Shown here: in pieces, positions 18,753 through 28,127 of the stretch
How the letters are laid out: each line of letters opens with the position of its first letter
Numbering within the stretch: position 1 is the first letter of the stretch
Source: Candidatus Woesearchaeota archaeon
Lineage (GTDB): Archaea; Nanobdellota; Nanobdellia; Woesearchaeales; JACJVV01
Assembly (NCBI GenBank): GCA_020637495.1
Contig: JACJVV010000001.1
Location: 205,082-269,081, forward strand
Direction of reading: 5' to 3'
Length of the DNA: 64,000 nt
Program-made: the position numbers and the translations under genes
The notes under the pieces: model-generated
Seen by the model: the letters and a program-made list of their open reading frames with translations, nothing else
Told to the model about the DNA's origin: nothing
Database searches by the model: none

Positions 18753-20158
18753 AATTCACAACAGACATAGTAATAGGACTTGAAATCCACATCGAGCTAA
18801 ATACAAATACAAAGTTATTCTGTGGATGTGCCACAAAAGGTTCAGACGAACCCAATAGTAGAGTGTGCCCTGTATGTCTTGGGCATCCAGGAAGCAAACC
18901 TGTGCTGAACAAAAAAGTTGTCGAATTTGCAACAAAGTTAGGATTAGCAATGAATTGTAAAATAGATAAGGAGTTAGTTTTCAGCCGTAAATCATATTTC
19001 TATCCTGATCTGGCAAAGAATTACCAGATCACACAATATGAGCAACCATTGTGCAAGAATGGATCAATGAAATTAAGCAATGGAAAGACTATAGGGATAA
19101 CAAGAATCCATGTCGAGGAAGATCCTGCTGCATTAGTCCATCCAGGGAGCATACATGGAAGCAATTATGTCCTCATTGATTATAATAGATCAGGTAATCC
19201 TTTATGTGAAATTGTTACTGAACCTGATATGGCTTCGCCTGAAGAAGCAAGGGAATTCATGAACAAATTGATCACAATACTGGAATATTTGGAGATATTT
19301 GATCCTGATGCAATAATAAAGGCTGATGCTAACGTCTCAGTGAAGGAATCAGGCTATATCCGAAGCGAGATAAAGAATATCACCGGATTCAAGGAGATAG
19401 AAAGAGCACTAAACTATGAAGTACAACGTCAGAAGAGAGCTGTTGCAGATGGTGAGAAGCTTATACAAGACACAAGAAGCTGGGATGCTGAGAAAGGCAT
19501 GTCAAGCAGGTTAAGGACAAAGGAGACTGAGGATGATTATGGTTACATCATAGATCCAGATCTCGTAATAACTGATATCACAGATGAATTTGTTAAAAAT
19601 ATTAAGGATAATATGCCTGAACTTGCTGACGAGAAGATGGAAAAATTCAAGGAACATGGCATAGCTGATGACAATGCAGAGATAATATCGAAGAATAAGG
19701 ATCTAGCTAAGGTGTATGAATTGCTTGTAAAAGAAATCGATGCAGATAAAGTTTCAAAATGGGCAAGAAGGGACCTTATGAAGGCTGCAAATTACCATAA
19801 GAAGAATGTGGCTGATTTAGACCTAGAAAAAGTTGTGCCTAAATTTGTTTCTGTATTGAAAGCTGAAATCTCTGGTGAAATAAATGCAAAAATCGCTTTC
19901 ATGGGAACTTCAAGCATTGTAGAGGATCCTGAGTTTGATGTGGATAAATATATTGGTGATAACAAGAGCCAAGGGGATGATTCGGCTATAGAAGGATTTG
20001 TCAAGGAAGTCATCTCTGAGCAGAAAGAGAATGTCAGCAAGTACAAGGCTGGCGAAGGGAAAGTTCTTAATTTCTTGGTTGGACAAGTAATGCGAAAAAG
20101 CCAAGGTAAGGCTGACGCTGGGAAGATAAAGGAATTGCTTATCAAGTGCTTACAATGA
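18749..20158 (+). CDS. gatB: Asp/Glu-tRNA amidotransferase subunit B
   Basis: GLEIHIELNTNTKLFCGC...PVCLGHPGS and the C-terminal GatB/YqeY domain. Confidence 0.9.
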   Translation: MKFTTDIVIGLEIHIELNTNTKLFCGCATKGSDEPNSRVCPVCLGHPGSKPVLNKKVVEFATKLGLAMNCKIDKELVFSRKSYFYPDLAKNYQITQYEQPLCKNGSMKLSNGKTIGITRIHVEEDPAALVHPGSIHGSNYVLIDYNRSGNPLCEIVTEPDMASPEEAREFMNKLITILEYLEIFDPDAIIKADANVSVKESGYIRSEIKNITGFKEIERALNYEVQRQKRAVADGEKLIQDTRSWDAEKGMSSRLRTKETEDDYGYIIDPDLVITDITDEFVKNIKDNMPELADEKMEKFKEHGIADDNAEIISKNKDLAKVYELLVKEIDADKVSKWARRDLMKAANYHKKNVADLDLEKVVPKFVSVLKAEISGEINAKIAFMGTSSIVEDPEFDVDKYIGDNKSQGDDSAIEGFVKEVISEQKENVSKYKAGEGKVLNFLVGQVMRKSQGKADAGKIKELLIKCLQ

Positions 20159-20991
20159 ACGGTATAATATTCGCATTTGCATCTGCTTTCTTTCTTGGGA
20201 TAATGCGTCTTCTGCATAAATACAATGTACATGATGAATGCCCTATAAGCTACAGCTTCTTAGGAGAATTCTTCTCCATGATACTCTTAATACCTATGTT
20301 GGTTATCTTCTTTGAGCTTCCGAGTGAACCTATAGCATGGGTAATCGCCTTGCTTTCAGGAATATTATGGTCGATAACATTGATAGCATCAAATTATGCA
20401 TTCAAGAACCTATCATCATCGCTTAAGATAATTATCCATCAGTCAAGACTGATCATTATCGTGATTGCAGGATATTTCATATTCAACGATTCAATCGGAT
20501 GGAATCAACTTATTGCCATAGGACTCATAATAACAGGAATTATAATCATAGCAAATCCGAAGAATATAGAATGGAGCTGGAAAGGATTTGCATTGACTGT
20601 ATTAGGGGCTTTCTGCTCTGCTCTTGCGTTGAGTTCAGAAAAATTTGTACTGAATTATTTCACTCCTGAATCTTATATAGGCATATCGTTCATGCTGCCT
20701 GCCTTGATATTATCGCCTTTTGCCTTGCAGAGACAGAATGAGATTAAGAGAATTATTAAGAACAGATTTCGTACTATATTAGCTGCCTGTCTTTCGGGTG
20801 TTTTAGCCACATACTTCATTTATAGAGCATACAACAGTGAGAATATATCAGTCGTAATACCAATAATAGAATCAAGCATACTTGTGACAGTAGTAGGAGG
20901 CATAATCCTATTGAAAGAGAGACAAGATATATTAAGGAAGATAATAGGGGCAGTTATCGTGCTTGCCGGTGCAATATTAGTTGCAATGTGA
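20146..20991 (+). CDS. EamA/DMT-superfamily permease
   Basis: 281 aa, roughly 10 hydrophobic helices in two halves, typical of duplicated EamA domains. Confidence 0.6.
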   Translation: MLTMNGIIFAFASAFFLGIMRLLHKYNVHDECPISYSFLGEFFSMILLIPMLVIFFELPSEPIAWVIALLSGILWSITLIASNYAFKNLSSSLKIIIHQSRLIIIVIAGYFIFNDSIGWNQLIAIGLIITGIIIIANPKNIEWSWKGFALTVLGAFCSALALSSEKFVLNYFTPESYIGISFMLPALILSPFALQRQNEIKRIIKNRFRTILAACLSGVLATYFIYRAYNSENISVVIPIIESSILVTVVGGIILLKERQDILRKIIGAVIVLAGAILVAM

Positions 20992-20998
20992 GAAACTT

Positions 20999-21742
20999 TC
21001 ACTCTTTGCATTTATCCCACATGAACAGGAAGAATTTTCTGTAGCCATCAGCTAATTGCTGGGATTTCATGACAAACATCAACGGTTCTTTGTGAAGCTT
21101 CCCTGGTTCAACACCAACAAATGTAACAACGTAAGGACCGAATATATCAATAGCAGTTGTCGATGAGTAACCTTTTGGAAAGAATCTGTAAGGCTTGCCT
21201 ACCATCTTGAGTATCTCTGACTTTCCTGATTTTATCTCATGATCAAATATATGCATGAATTTTATTCCAAGTTTTTTTCTTTCTCGTTGGAAATGAGGAA
21301 GATAATGTTTTAGTCTCTCATCAAGCCAGAATGCCTTTGCACCTATGAAATAAACTGTCTCCTTTGTTTTAAGGATATCACGAAGATAATTCTTGAACCC
21401 TTGAATTCCTTTGTAGGTATATGCTTCAGCTGGTTCTTCTACTGCAAGAAATTTCTGCTGAAGTTCTGGAAGTTTTTGAGATATCCTCTCCTCTTTCTCC
21501 TTTATCATGTCTAACAAATGTATAGGGTTTGTTGGTTTGAAATTCTTCTCACCCTTGACAAATACTTCAGAAACAAGACCTTTCTCATTCAGCTTTGAAA
21601 GACTGTCATATGCATTCCTTCTATGAACTTTGCTTCTGATTGAGATTGCCTGTACAGAAGATTCTCCAATATCCAGCAATGCTTCATAAACCTTTGACTC
21701 ATTCAGGCTTAATCCCATTTCTAGGAATAATTCTTCATACAT
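20999..21742 (-). CDS. TrmB-family transcriptional regulator (divergent paralogue)
   Basis: N-terminal wHTH ESKVYEALLDIGESSVQAISIRSKVHRRNAYDSLSKLNEKGLVSEV plus a C-terminal TrmB-type domain. Confidence 0.6.
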   Translation of the reverse strand: MYEELFLEMGLSLNESKVYEALLDIGESSVQAISIRSKVHRRNAYDSLSKLNEKGLVSEVFVKGEKNFKPTNPIHLLDMIKEKEERISQKLPELQQKFLAVEEPAEAYTYKGIQGFKNYLRDILKTKETVYFIGAKAFWLDERLKHYLPHFQRERKKLGIKFMHIFDHEIKSGKSEILKMVGKPYRFFPKGYSSTTAIDIFGPYVVTFVGVEPGKLHKEPLMFVMKSQQLADGYRKFFLFMWDKCKE

Positions 21743-21905
21743 ACATCTGATTAGGCACTATAGATTTATATTATTTGTGCATTTTGGTGGTATTTGCCAC
21801 CACAATAATTTAAGTATTTTGTGCGTTTTGCTTACAATAAGAGGTATTCTAGAGTCAGTTTGCTAACGAGATGAAATGAAGTAGCAATAGCTATGGAGGG
21901 ATAAA

Positions 21906-22160
21906 ATGAGCTTAAATGAATTTATTGGAAAAAGCGAGACAATGGAAGATATTTTTCAAAAAGCAAAAAATGAGAACTGGACAATAACTGCCGGTGTTAT
22001 AGAGGTAGAATCTGCTGAAGTCCTTGAAGCAAGAAAAGAATTTGCAATAGTAAGAAATAGAAAGCCAGAATATCTGGAAGACACAAATATGAATGCATTT
22101 GTGCTTCCCTATGGGAGCAGCAATGGTTATGGATTTCATAAAAAGGATCCTCATTGGTGA
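21906..22160 (+). CDS. Hypothetical small protein
   Basis: 84-aa ORF divergent from the TrmB-like gene. No motif recognised. Confidence 0.3.
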   Translation: MSLNEFIGKSETMEDIFQKAKNENWTITAGVIEVESAEVLEARKEFAIVRNRKPEYLEDTNMNAFVLPYGSSNGYGFHKKDPHW

Positions 22161-22166
22161 TTAAAA

Positions 22167-22469
22167 ATGCGATACAAAATGAAATGTAACATAAATGGTG
22201 TAAAATTTCAATATAAAGGAAATACACTCGAAGATGCAGTCGATAGAATAGATGTAGAATATAAAAAAGGGATTAAGAAACAAAAAATCCACTCATGTCT
22301 TAGCCTTTTAGCTGATATAGGTATAGGATACTTGGCATCCAAGTATGAAGGATGTCTTGAAGTAAAAATATTAGCTTATGCTGGCATAATGACTTTTATT
22401 GGAAAAGATCTGACTGATCTTTCTGCTGCTTATTTAGCCAATTATAATCCCATCAAAAGGAATGGCTAA
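22167..22469 (+). CDS. Hypothetical small protein
   Basis: 100-aa ORF 6 nt downstream of the previous one. No motif recognised. Confidence 0.3.
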   Translation: MRYKMKCNINGVKFQYKGNTLEDAVDRIDVEYKKGIKKQKIHSCLSLLADIGIGYLASKYEGCLEVKILAYAGIMTFIGKDLTDLSAAYLANYNPIKRNG

Positions 22470-23671
22470 TTTTTAATTATGTCAATATCATTAAGAAGTC
22501 TATCTTCATATGTGGTATTTGTCTCGCCTTCATTCTTCTCTGAAGAGAGAACTTTGATCATCTGCATTATGATTCCTTTTTCCTGAGAAGGATCTATCCC
22601 TTCAATCTTGACTTGACCTATATGCTCACTTATCACATCTTCCTCAAGAAGTTCTGGTTTGAAATCCTTCTTTATCTCCTCGAAATCAGAAGATGTCACA
22701 GAAGAGGTATTCTTCATGACAAAATATGCGTCCTTGCCATGTATTACATTTATGACAGATTTCAGGTCAATATCCATCAATTTTCCAAGCTTTAGCTTGC
22801 CTGATAATTTAATAAGGACAATCTTTCCTTTGAAGTCATTATCGACTGAAAATCTCTTCAGTTCTGAGGTGACCTGTTCAGGAGTCTTATTGTTGCAATC
22901 TATCTCAACATCGAGAACTTGCTTAAGCTCAAGCTTCTTGCATGATATGTTCCCATTATCATAGATATAATAAGTCCCATACCTTAACTTCTGAAGTTCT
23001 GAGAATGAGTTAGGGAATATAGGTCCAGGATAGATGACATTCTTGTATCCTTCCAGATTCTTATGCTCAACTATGTGGACATGCCCTCCTGCATAATAAT
23101 CAAAACCTTTCGGCAACAATGAGATTGGGGAAGATTCCATCTTAGCCATTGCTTCTGGCTTTAGCTCGTCGATAGCTGAGTGAAATAGGAATATCTTGAA
23201 ACCTGGGTTGTTAAGATTAGATGTATCTAGAGATTCATAATATGACCTCTCCAACATGTTCTTCTTACCTAACATCCCTGTAAGTAATGCTCCAGTCTTT
23301 TTATCTTCCGTCAGAATAAGCTGGATCTTGCCATTATCTAGCTGCTTCGCCTTGACAACATTGATCATCAGATCAGCCTGCTCAAGAACATCTAACATGG
23401 TTTTTCCTGTAGGGGAATAATCATGGCTTCCAGGAATCATATAAACAGGGATGTTTTTCTGCTTAAGCTTCTTCAGATGCTTAACAGTCTCTTTGATATA
23501 GTCGATATTTGGAAGAGAGGTATTGAATAGATCACCTGCTATTATGGCAAAATCAACCCCTTGAATTATTGATTCATCGATTGCCTTACCAAAAGCTTCA
23601 AGTCCTAAGCGAGACATCGCAGGCTCTTTCCAGCCGCCAATGTGGACGTCTGCCATATGGATAAATTTCAT
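22466..23671 (-). CDS. Mre11/SbcD-family DNA repair nuclease (calcineurin-like phosphoesterase)
   Basis: Phosphoesterase motifs in order: MADVHIG (I), IAGDLFN (II), IPGSHDYS (III), FLFHSA (IV), AGGHVHIVEH (V). No rad50-like gene adjacent. Confidence 0.7.
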   Translation of the reverse strand: MKFIHMADVHIGGWKEPAMSRLGLEAFGKAIDESIIQGVDFAIIAGDLFNTSLPNIDYIKETVKHLKKLKQKNIPVYMIPGSHDYSPTGKTMLDVLEQADLMINVVKAKQLDNGKIQLILTEDKKTGALLTGMLGKKNMLERSYYESLDTSNLNNPGFKIFLFHSAIDELKPEAMAKMESSPISLLPKGFDYYAGGHVHIVEHKNLEGYKNVIYPGPIFPNSFSELQKLRYGTYYIYDNGNISCKKLELKQVLDVEIDCNNKTPEQVTSELKRFSVDNDFKGKIVLIKLSGKLKLGKLMDIDLKSVINVIHGKDAYFVMKNTSSVTSSDFEEIKKDFKPELLEEDVISEHIGQVKIEGIDPSQEKGIIMQMIKVLSSEKNEGETNTTYEDRLLNDIDIIKN

Positions 23672-23705
23672 AAGAATAAAATAAGAATAGATGATTTATA
23701 TTATT

Positions 23706-24101
23706 TTAGGAACTGTGGTATTTTTTATAATATTCCTGGATAATCTCTTTTGAATGAAAGGCAGTCTTTAATCCTTTGACCTCCTCCAAAGAAAAGAATC
23801 TAGCGTCTTCACCATCAAACTCGTCAGGGATGATAAAGCCATCATCAATCATCCTGAATACATGAACCTCATAACCATCATAATCATAGTTACCCATATA
23901 CCCTGGATTATCTAAGCAATAATGGAGTTCTTCTTTGATCTCACGTCTTATGGCTTGCTCTTTAGTCTCACCAAGTTCAAATTTTCCTCCAAAGAGCCCC
24001 CAACACATAGGAAATAGCTTAGAATCTTTCCGTCTTAATTGCAGTAAAACTTTACCATCTTTCTCAAGGACCAATGCACATGTTTTAAGTTCATGAGACA
24101 T
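23706..24101 (-). CDS. NUDIX hydrolase
   Basis: Nudix box GGKFELGETKEQAIRREIKEELH (GX5EX7REUXEEXGU). Confidence 0.8.
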   Translation of the reverse strand: MSHELKTCALVLEKDGKVLLQLRRKDSKLFPMCWGLFGGKFELGETKEQAIRREIKEELHYCLDNPGYMGNYDYDGYEVHVFRMIDDGFIIPDEFDGEDARFFSLEEVKGLKTAFHSKEIIQEYYKKYHSS

Positions 24102-24116
24102 CCTATATCCATCTAA

Positions 24117-25865
24117 TTATTTTAGAAGTATTTCCAAAGCTGCTGAATATGCTGGTCTAGCTATGAATACGCCGATAAACAATCCTGCCAAAGTCGTTAT
24201 TGCAAAGCCCATCAAAAGACCTGCGCCTGCAAATATCAAAGGGATCATTGCTGCTGCTGTGGTGAAGAATGCGACCAGGATAATGCTGAAAGCACGTTTA
24301 ATTTTCTGAAGCCATGTCAATGATTCGCTAGTCTTATTCAATGTCTCATCAGTGATAATAATCAAGTGATCAACTCCTGTACCTACAACTATAATTATAC
24401 CTGCAATTGATGCAAGATCAAGATTCCATCCAATCAAAGCTGCGAATCCTAAAACTAGGACTAATTCTGAAACAAGTGTTGCCCCCATTGAAAGGACTAT
24501 TGATATTTTCCTGTATACAATGAAGACAACTATCATTACTGCAAGCAATGCAACAAGACCTACTAAGATTGCATTGTTTAGGAATTCTTTACCTAATGAA
24601 GGCGATATCGTGTCTGTTTTGATGACTTCCAAGGTCACAGGCAAAGAACCTGTTATTAAAAGTGTTTGAAGACGCCTCATCTCTTTCAAAGCATCAACTC
24701 TTGCTTCTTCCTGGTTCCTTCCTACACCTGAACCTGTTATCTGGATATCAGTAACTGCTCTACCCTTAAGATCAGCGCCTATATTCAATGATTCTGTATA
24801 TGAATCATCAAGGAAAAAGTCAAGCTGTGCACTCAAGAACTGATTATCAGTAGGTATAGCTTGTCCCGTTTCATCAACTGCAACTACAGATAACGTCTCT
24901 GTTATCTTAGCCTGCCTTTCTGCTGCTTCAGGTGACAATATTATTCCGAAATAAAACCTGCATGACCAAGTGCCATTTGATTGTACATTGCAGCCGTATC
25001 TTGGATCAATGCCTGAACGATCAGCTGTCCTCAAGACAGTCTTGATATCATTACCGCCAGCGAACACAGTCTGGTTTGCAATCCTTGCTTCAAATTTACC
25101 TTGTTGTGAAACAAGAGATTTCACTTCATCCTGATTTATACCGGGTATTTCTATCAGTATAAACTTCTCACCTGCAAGATCAACTGTCTGTGTAACCTTT
25201 ATATCTGCAAGTCCATAGACATTAAGCCTTTGCTTTAAGCTCAACAAAAGAATCTCAAAATCATCATCAGATATATCTTCAGATGGTTTCATAATAACTC
25301 TTGTTCCACCTGCTAAATCAAGCCCTTTCTTAAGGTTTGAGAATGGTGCTTCCTTGACCTGCAATCCAAGAGGTTGTATCCCTGTAATATTTTCTATGGT
25401 CTTATTTTTATCTACCTTTTCTTCAACTGTCTTGTTCATATATGTCCCTGAAGCCTCATCATAGACTTCTTTAGTTATGTTCACAAGCACTGTCTCAAGA
25501 TCAGGCAGAGTAGTTACAGTAACTTCAGGAAGTATATCCAAGATATATGTCTGTTCATTTGTCACTACGCGAACTGTCTGGTATGGTTCCATTGAATTTA
25601 TCTCATCAATTACTGAATAATAATCATCAATCGTAGAGATTTCTTTGCTCAATATGGAAGTTATCACTTCCCTACCTCTAGGAGCAGTATTAGGATTTGG
25701 AGAATTCATACCCGCAATATGTGCTGAAGTGTTAGCTTGAACAGTCGTTATAGCTACACCTTGAGGATTGAAATCAGGATTAATGGAGACAATAGAGAAT
25801 ATTAAGAATACTATCAATAGGATAATCCTCCAGTTTGACATTAATTTCTTGAATTTCTGATTCAT
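24117..25865 (-). CDS. secD: Protein-export membrane protein SecD
   Basis: 582 aa; N-terminal TM, large extracytoplasmic domain, C-terminal 6-TM SecDF core (LVSELVLVLGFAALIGWNLDLASIAGIIIVVGTGVDHLIII). Confidence 0.85.
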   Translation of the reverse strand: MNQKFKKLMSNWRIILLIVFLIFSIVSINPDFNPQGVAITTVQANTSAHIAGMNSPNPNTAPRGREVITSILSKEISTIDDYYSVIDEINSMEPYQTVRVVTNEQTYILDILPEVTVTTLPDLETVLVNITKEVYDEASGTYMNKTVEEKVDKNKTIENITGIQPLGLQVKEAPFSNLKKGLDLAGGTRVIMKPSEDISDDDFEILLLSLKQRLNVYGLADIKVTQTVDLAGEKFILIEIPGINQDEVKSLVSQQGKFEARIANQTVFAGGNDIKTVLRTADRSGIDPRYGCNVQSNGTWSCRFYFGIILSPEAAERQAKITETLSVVAVDETGQAIPTDNQFLSAQLDFFLDDSYTESLNIGADLKGRAVTDIQITGSGVGRNQEEARVDALKEMRRLQTLLITGSLPVTLEVIKTDTISPSLGKEFLNNAILVGLVALLAVMIVVFIVYRKISIVLSMGATLVSELVLVLGFAALIGWNLDLASIAGIIIVVGTGVDHLIIITDETLNKTSESLTWLQKIKRAFSIILVAFFTTAAAMIPLIFAGAGLLMGFAITTLAGLFIGVFIARPAYSAALEILLK

Positions 25866-26857
25866 TTTTTCGCGTTCTCTTTATGCTCTATATATAATCT
25901 TAAGATTCCTACATTCTGGATCCAGGTGTTTATCTGGTCAACTAGTATTCCTATGAACAATATCACCATAATCTGCCTTATTATATCTGATGAAGTTATC
26001 ATCAAGGCAATAGCAATAGCAACTATTGTTGTCGCATTCATCATGACACCTGTCTTGAATGCAGAATATACCCTGCTGAGCAATGAACCTTCTGAACGTT
26101 TCAACACTCTAGTCGTAAGAAGTATATCAGTGTCAACTGAATAACCTATAAGCATAAGCAATGCTGCAAGGCCTGCTGTTGAGAATTTAATTCCAAGAAG
26201 ATTAGCAATTGCCACTGTTATTGTTATATCTGAGAATGCTGCTAATATTACTGCAATACTTGGAATGAAAGTCCTGAAAGTTATTGATACGATCAGTGCC
26301 ATAAGAATAAATGAACATAATAATGCGATCATTGCTTGATTAAAGAATGACTGGCCAATATTAGCACCTACACCTTCAAGAGAATAATCTTCAAATGTGA
26401 CCTGTGACCTTATTGCTTCTAATAATGAATCTATTGATCCCTGATCATTTAGGTTTATATCTGACTCAATTATTGTCCCTATAGTCCTTCCACCAGATTG
26501 AATATTCCTTATATTGATATTGAAACCATTAGATTGCAGATATTCCTGCAGTGATTCAATATTTATATCGACATTCTCTATTGTTATTGAAATTCCTCCT
26601 TTGAGAGAAATATCTTTTGCGATGAAATCACCAGTAGTTGCCGTTTGAAAACCTATCTGGAATATCGCTAGTAATAGCATTATCAATGGTAAAAGCAGTA
26701 AAAACTTGTAATGATTTACATATGCATTCAAGAAAGGATTCTTTATAGATCTCTGTTTGGGAACATCAGAAACTTCTGTCTGTTCTTTTATACTTGAATC
26801 TTGTGAAAAAGATGATTTTTTCTTGTTCTTAAGTCTCTTCTCTGCGCGTTTAGTCAT
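25862..26857 (-). CDS. secF: Protein-export membrane protein SecF
   Basis: 331 aa with SecF-type 6-TM core (GYSVDTDILLTTRVL). 4-nt overlap with secD. Confidence 0.85.
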   Translation of the reverse strand: MTKRAEKRLKNKKKSSFSQDSSIKEQTEVSDVPKQRSIKNPFLNAYVNHYKFLLLLPLIMLLLAIFQIGFQTATTGDFIAKDISLKGGISITIENVDINIESLQEYLQSNGFNINIRNIQSGGRTIGTIIESDINLNDQGSIDSLLEAIRSQVTFEDYSLEGVGANIGQSFFNQAMIALLCSFILMALIVSITFRTFIPSIAVILAAFSDITITVAIANLLGIKFSTAGLAALLMLIGYSVDTDILLTTRVLKRSEGSLLSRVYSAFKTGVMMNATTIVAIAIALMITSSDIIRQIMVILFIGILVDQINTWIQNVGILRLYIEHKENAKK

Positions 26858-27191
26858 TTTGTAAAGAAAGTATGGCTTCTGCCAAATCTCCGTTTGCGTT
26901 TTCTATTGCTTCCTTAGCCTTTTCCTCATCAACATTTGCCTGATCCATGACAGTCTTAATATCATCATCATTTATTTCGGGCTTAGTATCAAGCGATTGT
27001 TCTACAGGGGTCCCTGTAATCTGGTATGATTCTTGTCCCATCATGTTGACTTTTGCAACTTGTGGATTCGTAAAAACAAGAGCACCATCAGCAGTCTTGA
27101 TTATTACTTCAGTAGCTTCAATATCTACCTGAGAAACGCCCATGCGCTTCATCATTTGCTTCATCTGCCTTGGATTTACTCCTGGAATCAT
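26850..27191 (-). CDS. Nascent polypeptide-associated complex protein (archaeal alpha-NAC)
   Basis: MIPGVNPRQMKQMMKRMGV...EATEVIIKTADGALVFTNPQV NAC domain plus a C-terminal UBA-like DDDIKTVMDQANVDEEKAKEAIENANGDLAEAI. Confidence 0.85.
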   Translation of the reverse strand: MIPGVNPRQMKQMMKRMGVSQVDIEATEVIIKTADGALVFTNPQVAKVNMMGQESYQITGTPVEQSLDTKPEINDDDIKTVMDQANVDEEKAKEAIENANGDLAEAILSLQND

Positions 27192-27266
27192 TTGAATACC
27201 TTAAATATATATATTTTAATTGCTATTTCCAAAAATATATTTGATAACTGATATTTTCAAGGATAA

Positions 27267-27455
27267 CTATCCTAGATTCTGAATCCCCAATGCGCCATAA
27301 CCAAACATGTGAAGAGCTATTATTATCAAAATAACAAGTATTATGATAATTATAACGCTAGCTGGTTTGATGTGGAATTTACTTTTAGATTCATCGAAAT
27401 AACGTGTAATACCTGCGCCTGACATAGGCATATTGATTCTGTTGTCTTTTGCCAT
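27267..27455 (-). CDS. Preprotein translocase subunit Sec61-beta (archaeal SecG)
   Basis: 62 aa; MAKDN...SGAGITRYFDES then a single C-terminal TM, the canonical Sec61-beta architecture. TATA ttttataaaa about 28 nt upstream. Confidence 0.75.
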   Translation of the reverse strand: MAKDNRINMPMSGAGITRYFDESKSKFHIKPASVIIIIILVILIIIALHMFGYGALGIQNLG

Positions 27456-27486
27456 TTTTGTTATAATTGAATGTTGTTTTATAAAA

Positions 27487-27793
27487 TATAGGGAGAGTTA
27501 AGCCACCTTCTGTAGGATGCTTGTAGTGCATAAGCACTGATCATCCTTGCTAGCATTTAACTTAGCCTCATTTGAGTTGCACTGACAGGGGCTCGCCGTT
27601 TCAACTTTCATTGCTTAAGTCTGCTGTTCATTGTTGATGTCGCCATCATTTTACAGCTTTCATCCCGTATAGACAATGAAGTTCGTTTCTGGGCGGTTGC
27701 CTTCCATTTCTGGAACTTATCTTGCAATAAGCAGTCAAACTTAGTGGGTGGACTTTCCTCAGTTTCCCGAAAGCTAACTCATCCCCCTATGGT
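27487..27793 (-). ncRNA. rnpB: RNase P RNA
   Basis: ORF-free, comparatively GC-rich block. Minus-strand reading contains CR-I GAGGAAAGTCC and CR-V ACAGAAGGTGGCTTA. The P4 halves GTCCACC/GGTGGC carry compensatory changes relative to the canonical CCGG. Terminal P1 helix ATAGGGGGATGAGTTA / TAACTCTCCCTAT. TATA TTTATAAATA about 25 nt upstream of the 5' end. Ends approximate to a few nt. Confidence 0.6.
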
Positions 27794-27854
27794 TACGAAG
27801 AAATCAAGACTATTTATAAATGTTATTGATGTGATAAATCAGACATAATGGAGC

Positions 27855-28127
27855 CTAATTCAATCCGAAAGAATCTGTAAATTCTATTATCATCTTATAC
27901 TTATTAAGATATTCAAACCCTTGTGGGGTTATACTATATGTCTTACCTGAAGAAGTATTATTCTCAATTATAAATCCGCTATCCATAAGCTCTTTTAGAT
28001 ATTCGTTCATCATCTTATGAGAAAGGTTGGACTTATACAATATATGAGTTGGCTTTATAGTGCCGTTCTTATTTGATATCGCCTTGAGTATATCATAAAT
28101 GATCTCAAGCCTGTTTCTCTTTCTCAT
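27855..28127 (-). CDS. Winged helix-turn-helix DNA-binding protein (HTH_45-like archaeal regulator)
   Basis: RLEIIYDILKAISNKNGTIKPTHILYKSNLSHKMMNEYLKELMDSGFIIE...YSITPQGFEYL matches the small archaeal wHTH family. Confidence 0.6.
   Translation of the reverse strand: MRKRNRLEIIYDILKAISNKNGTIKPTHILYKSNLSHKMMNEYLKELMDSGFIIENNTSSGKTYSITPQGFEYLNKYKMIIEFTDSFGLN

Noticed and set aside
27487-27793. Alternative identity of the structured RNA as SRP (7S) RNA, given the flanking sec genes
   Set aside because: It has no helix-8 GGAAGCAG/AGCA-type motif. It does have the RNase P CR-I and CR-V motifs and P4 covariation.
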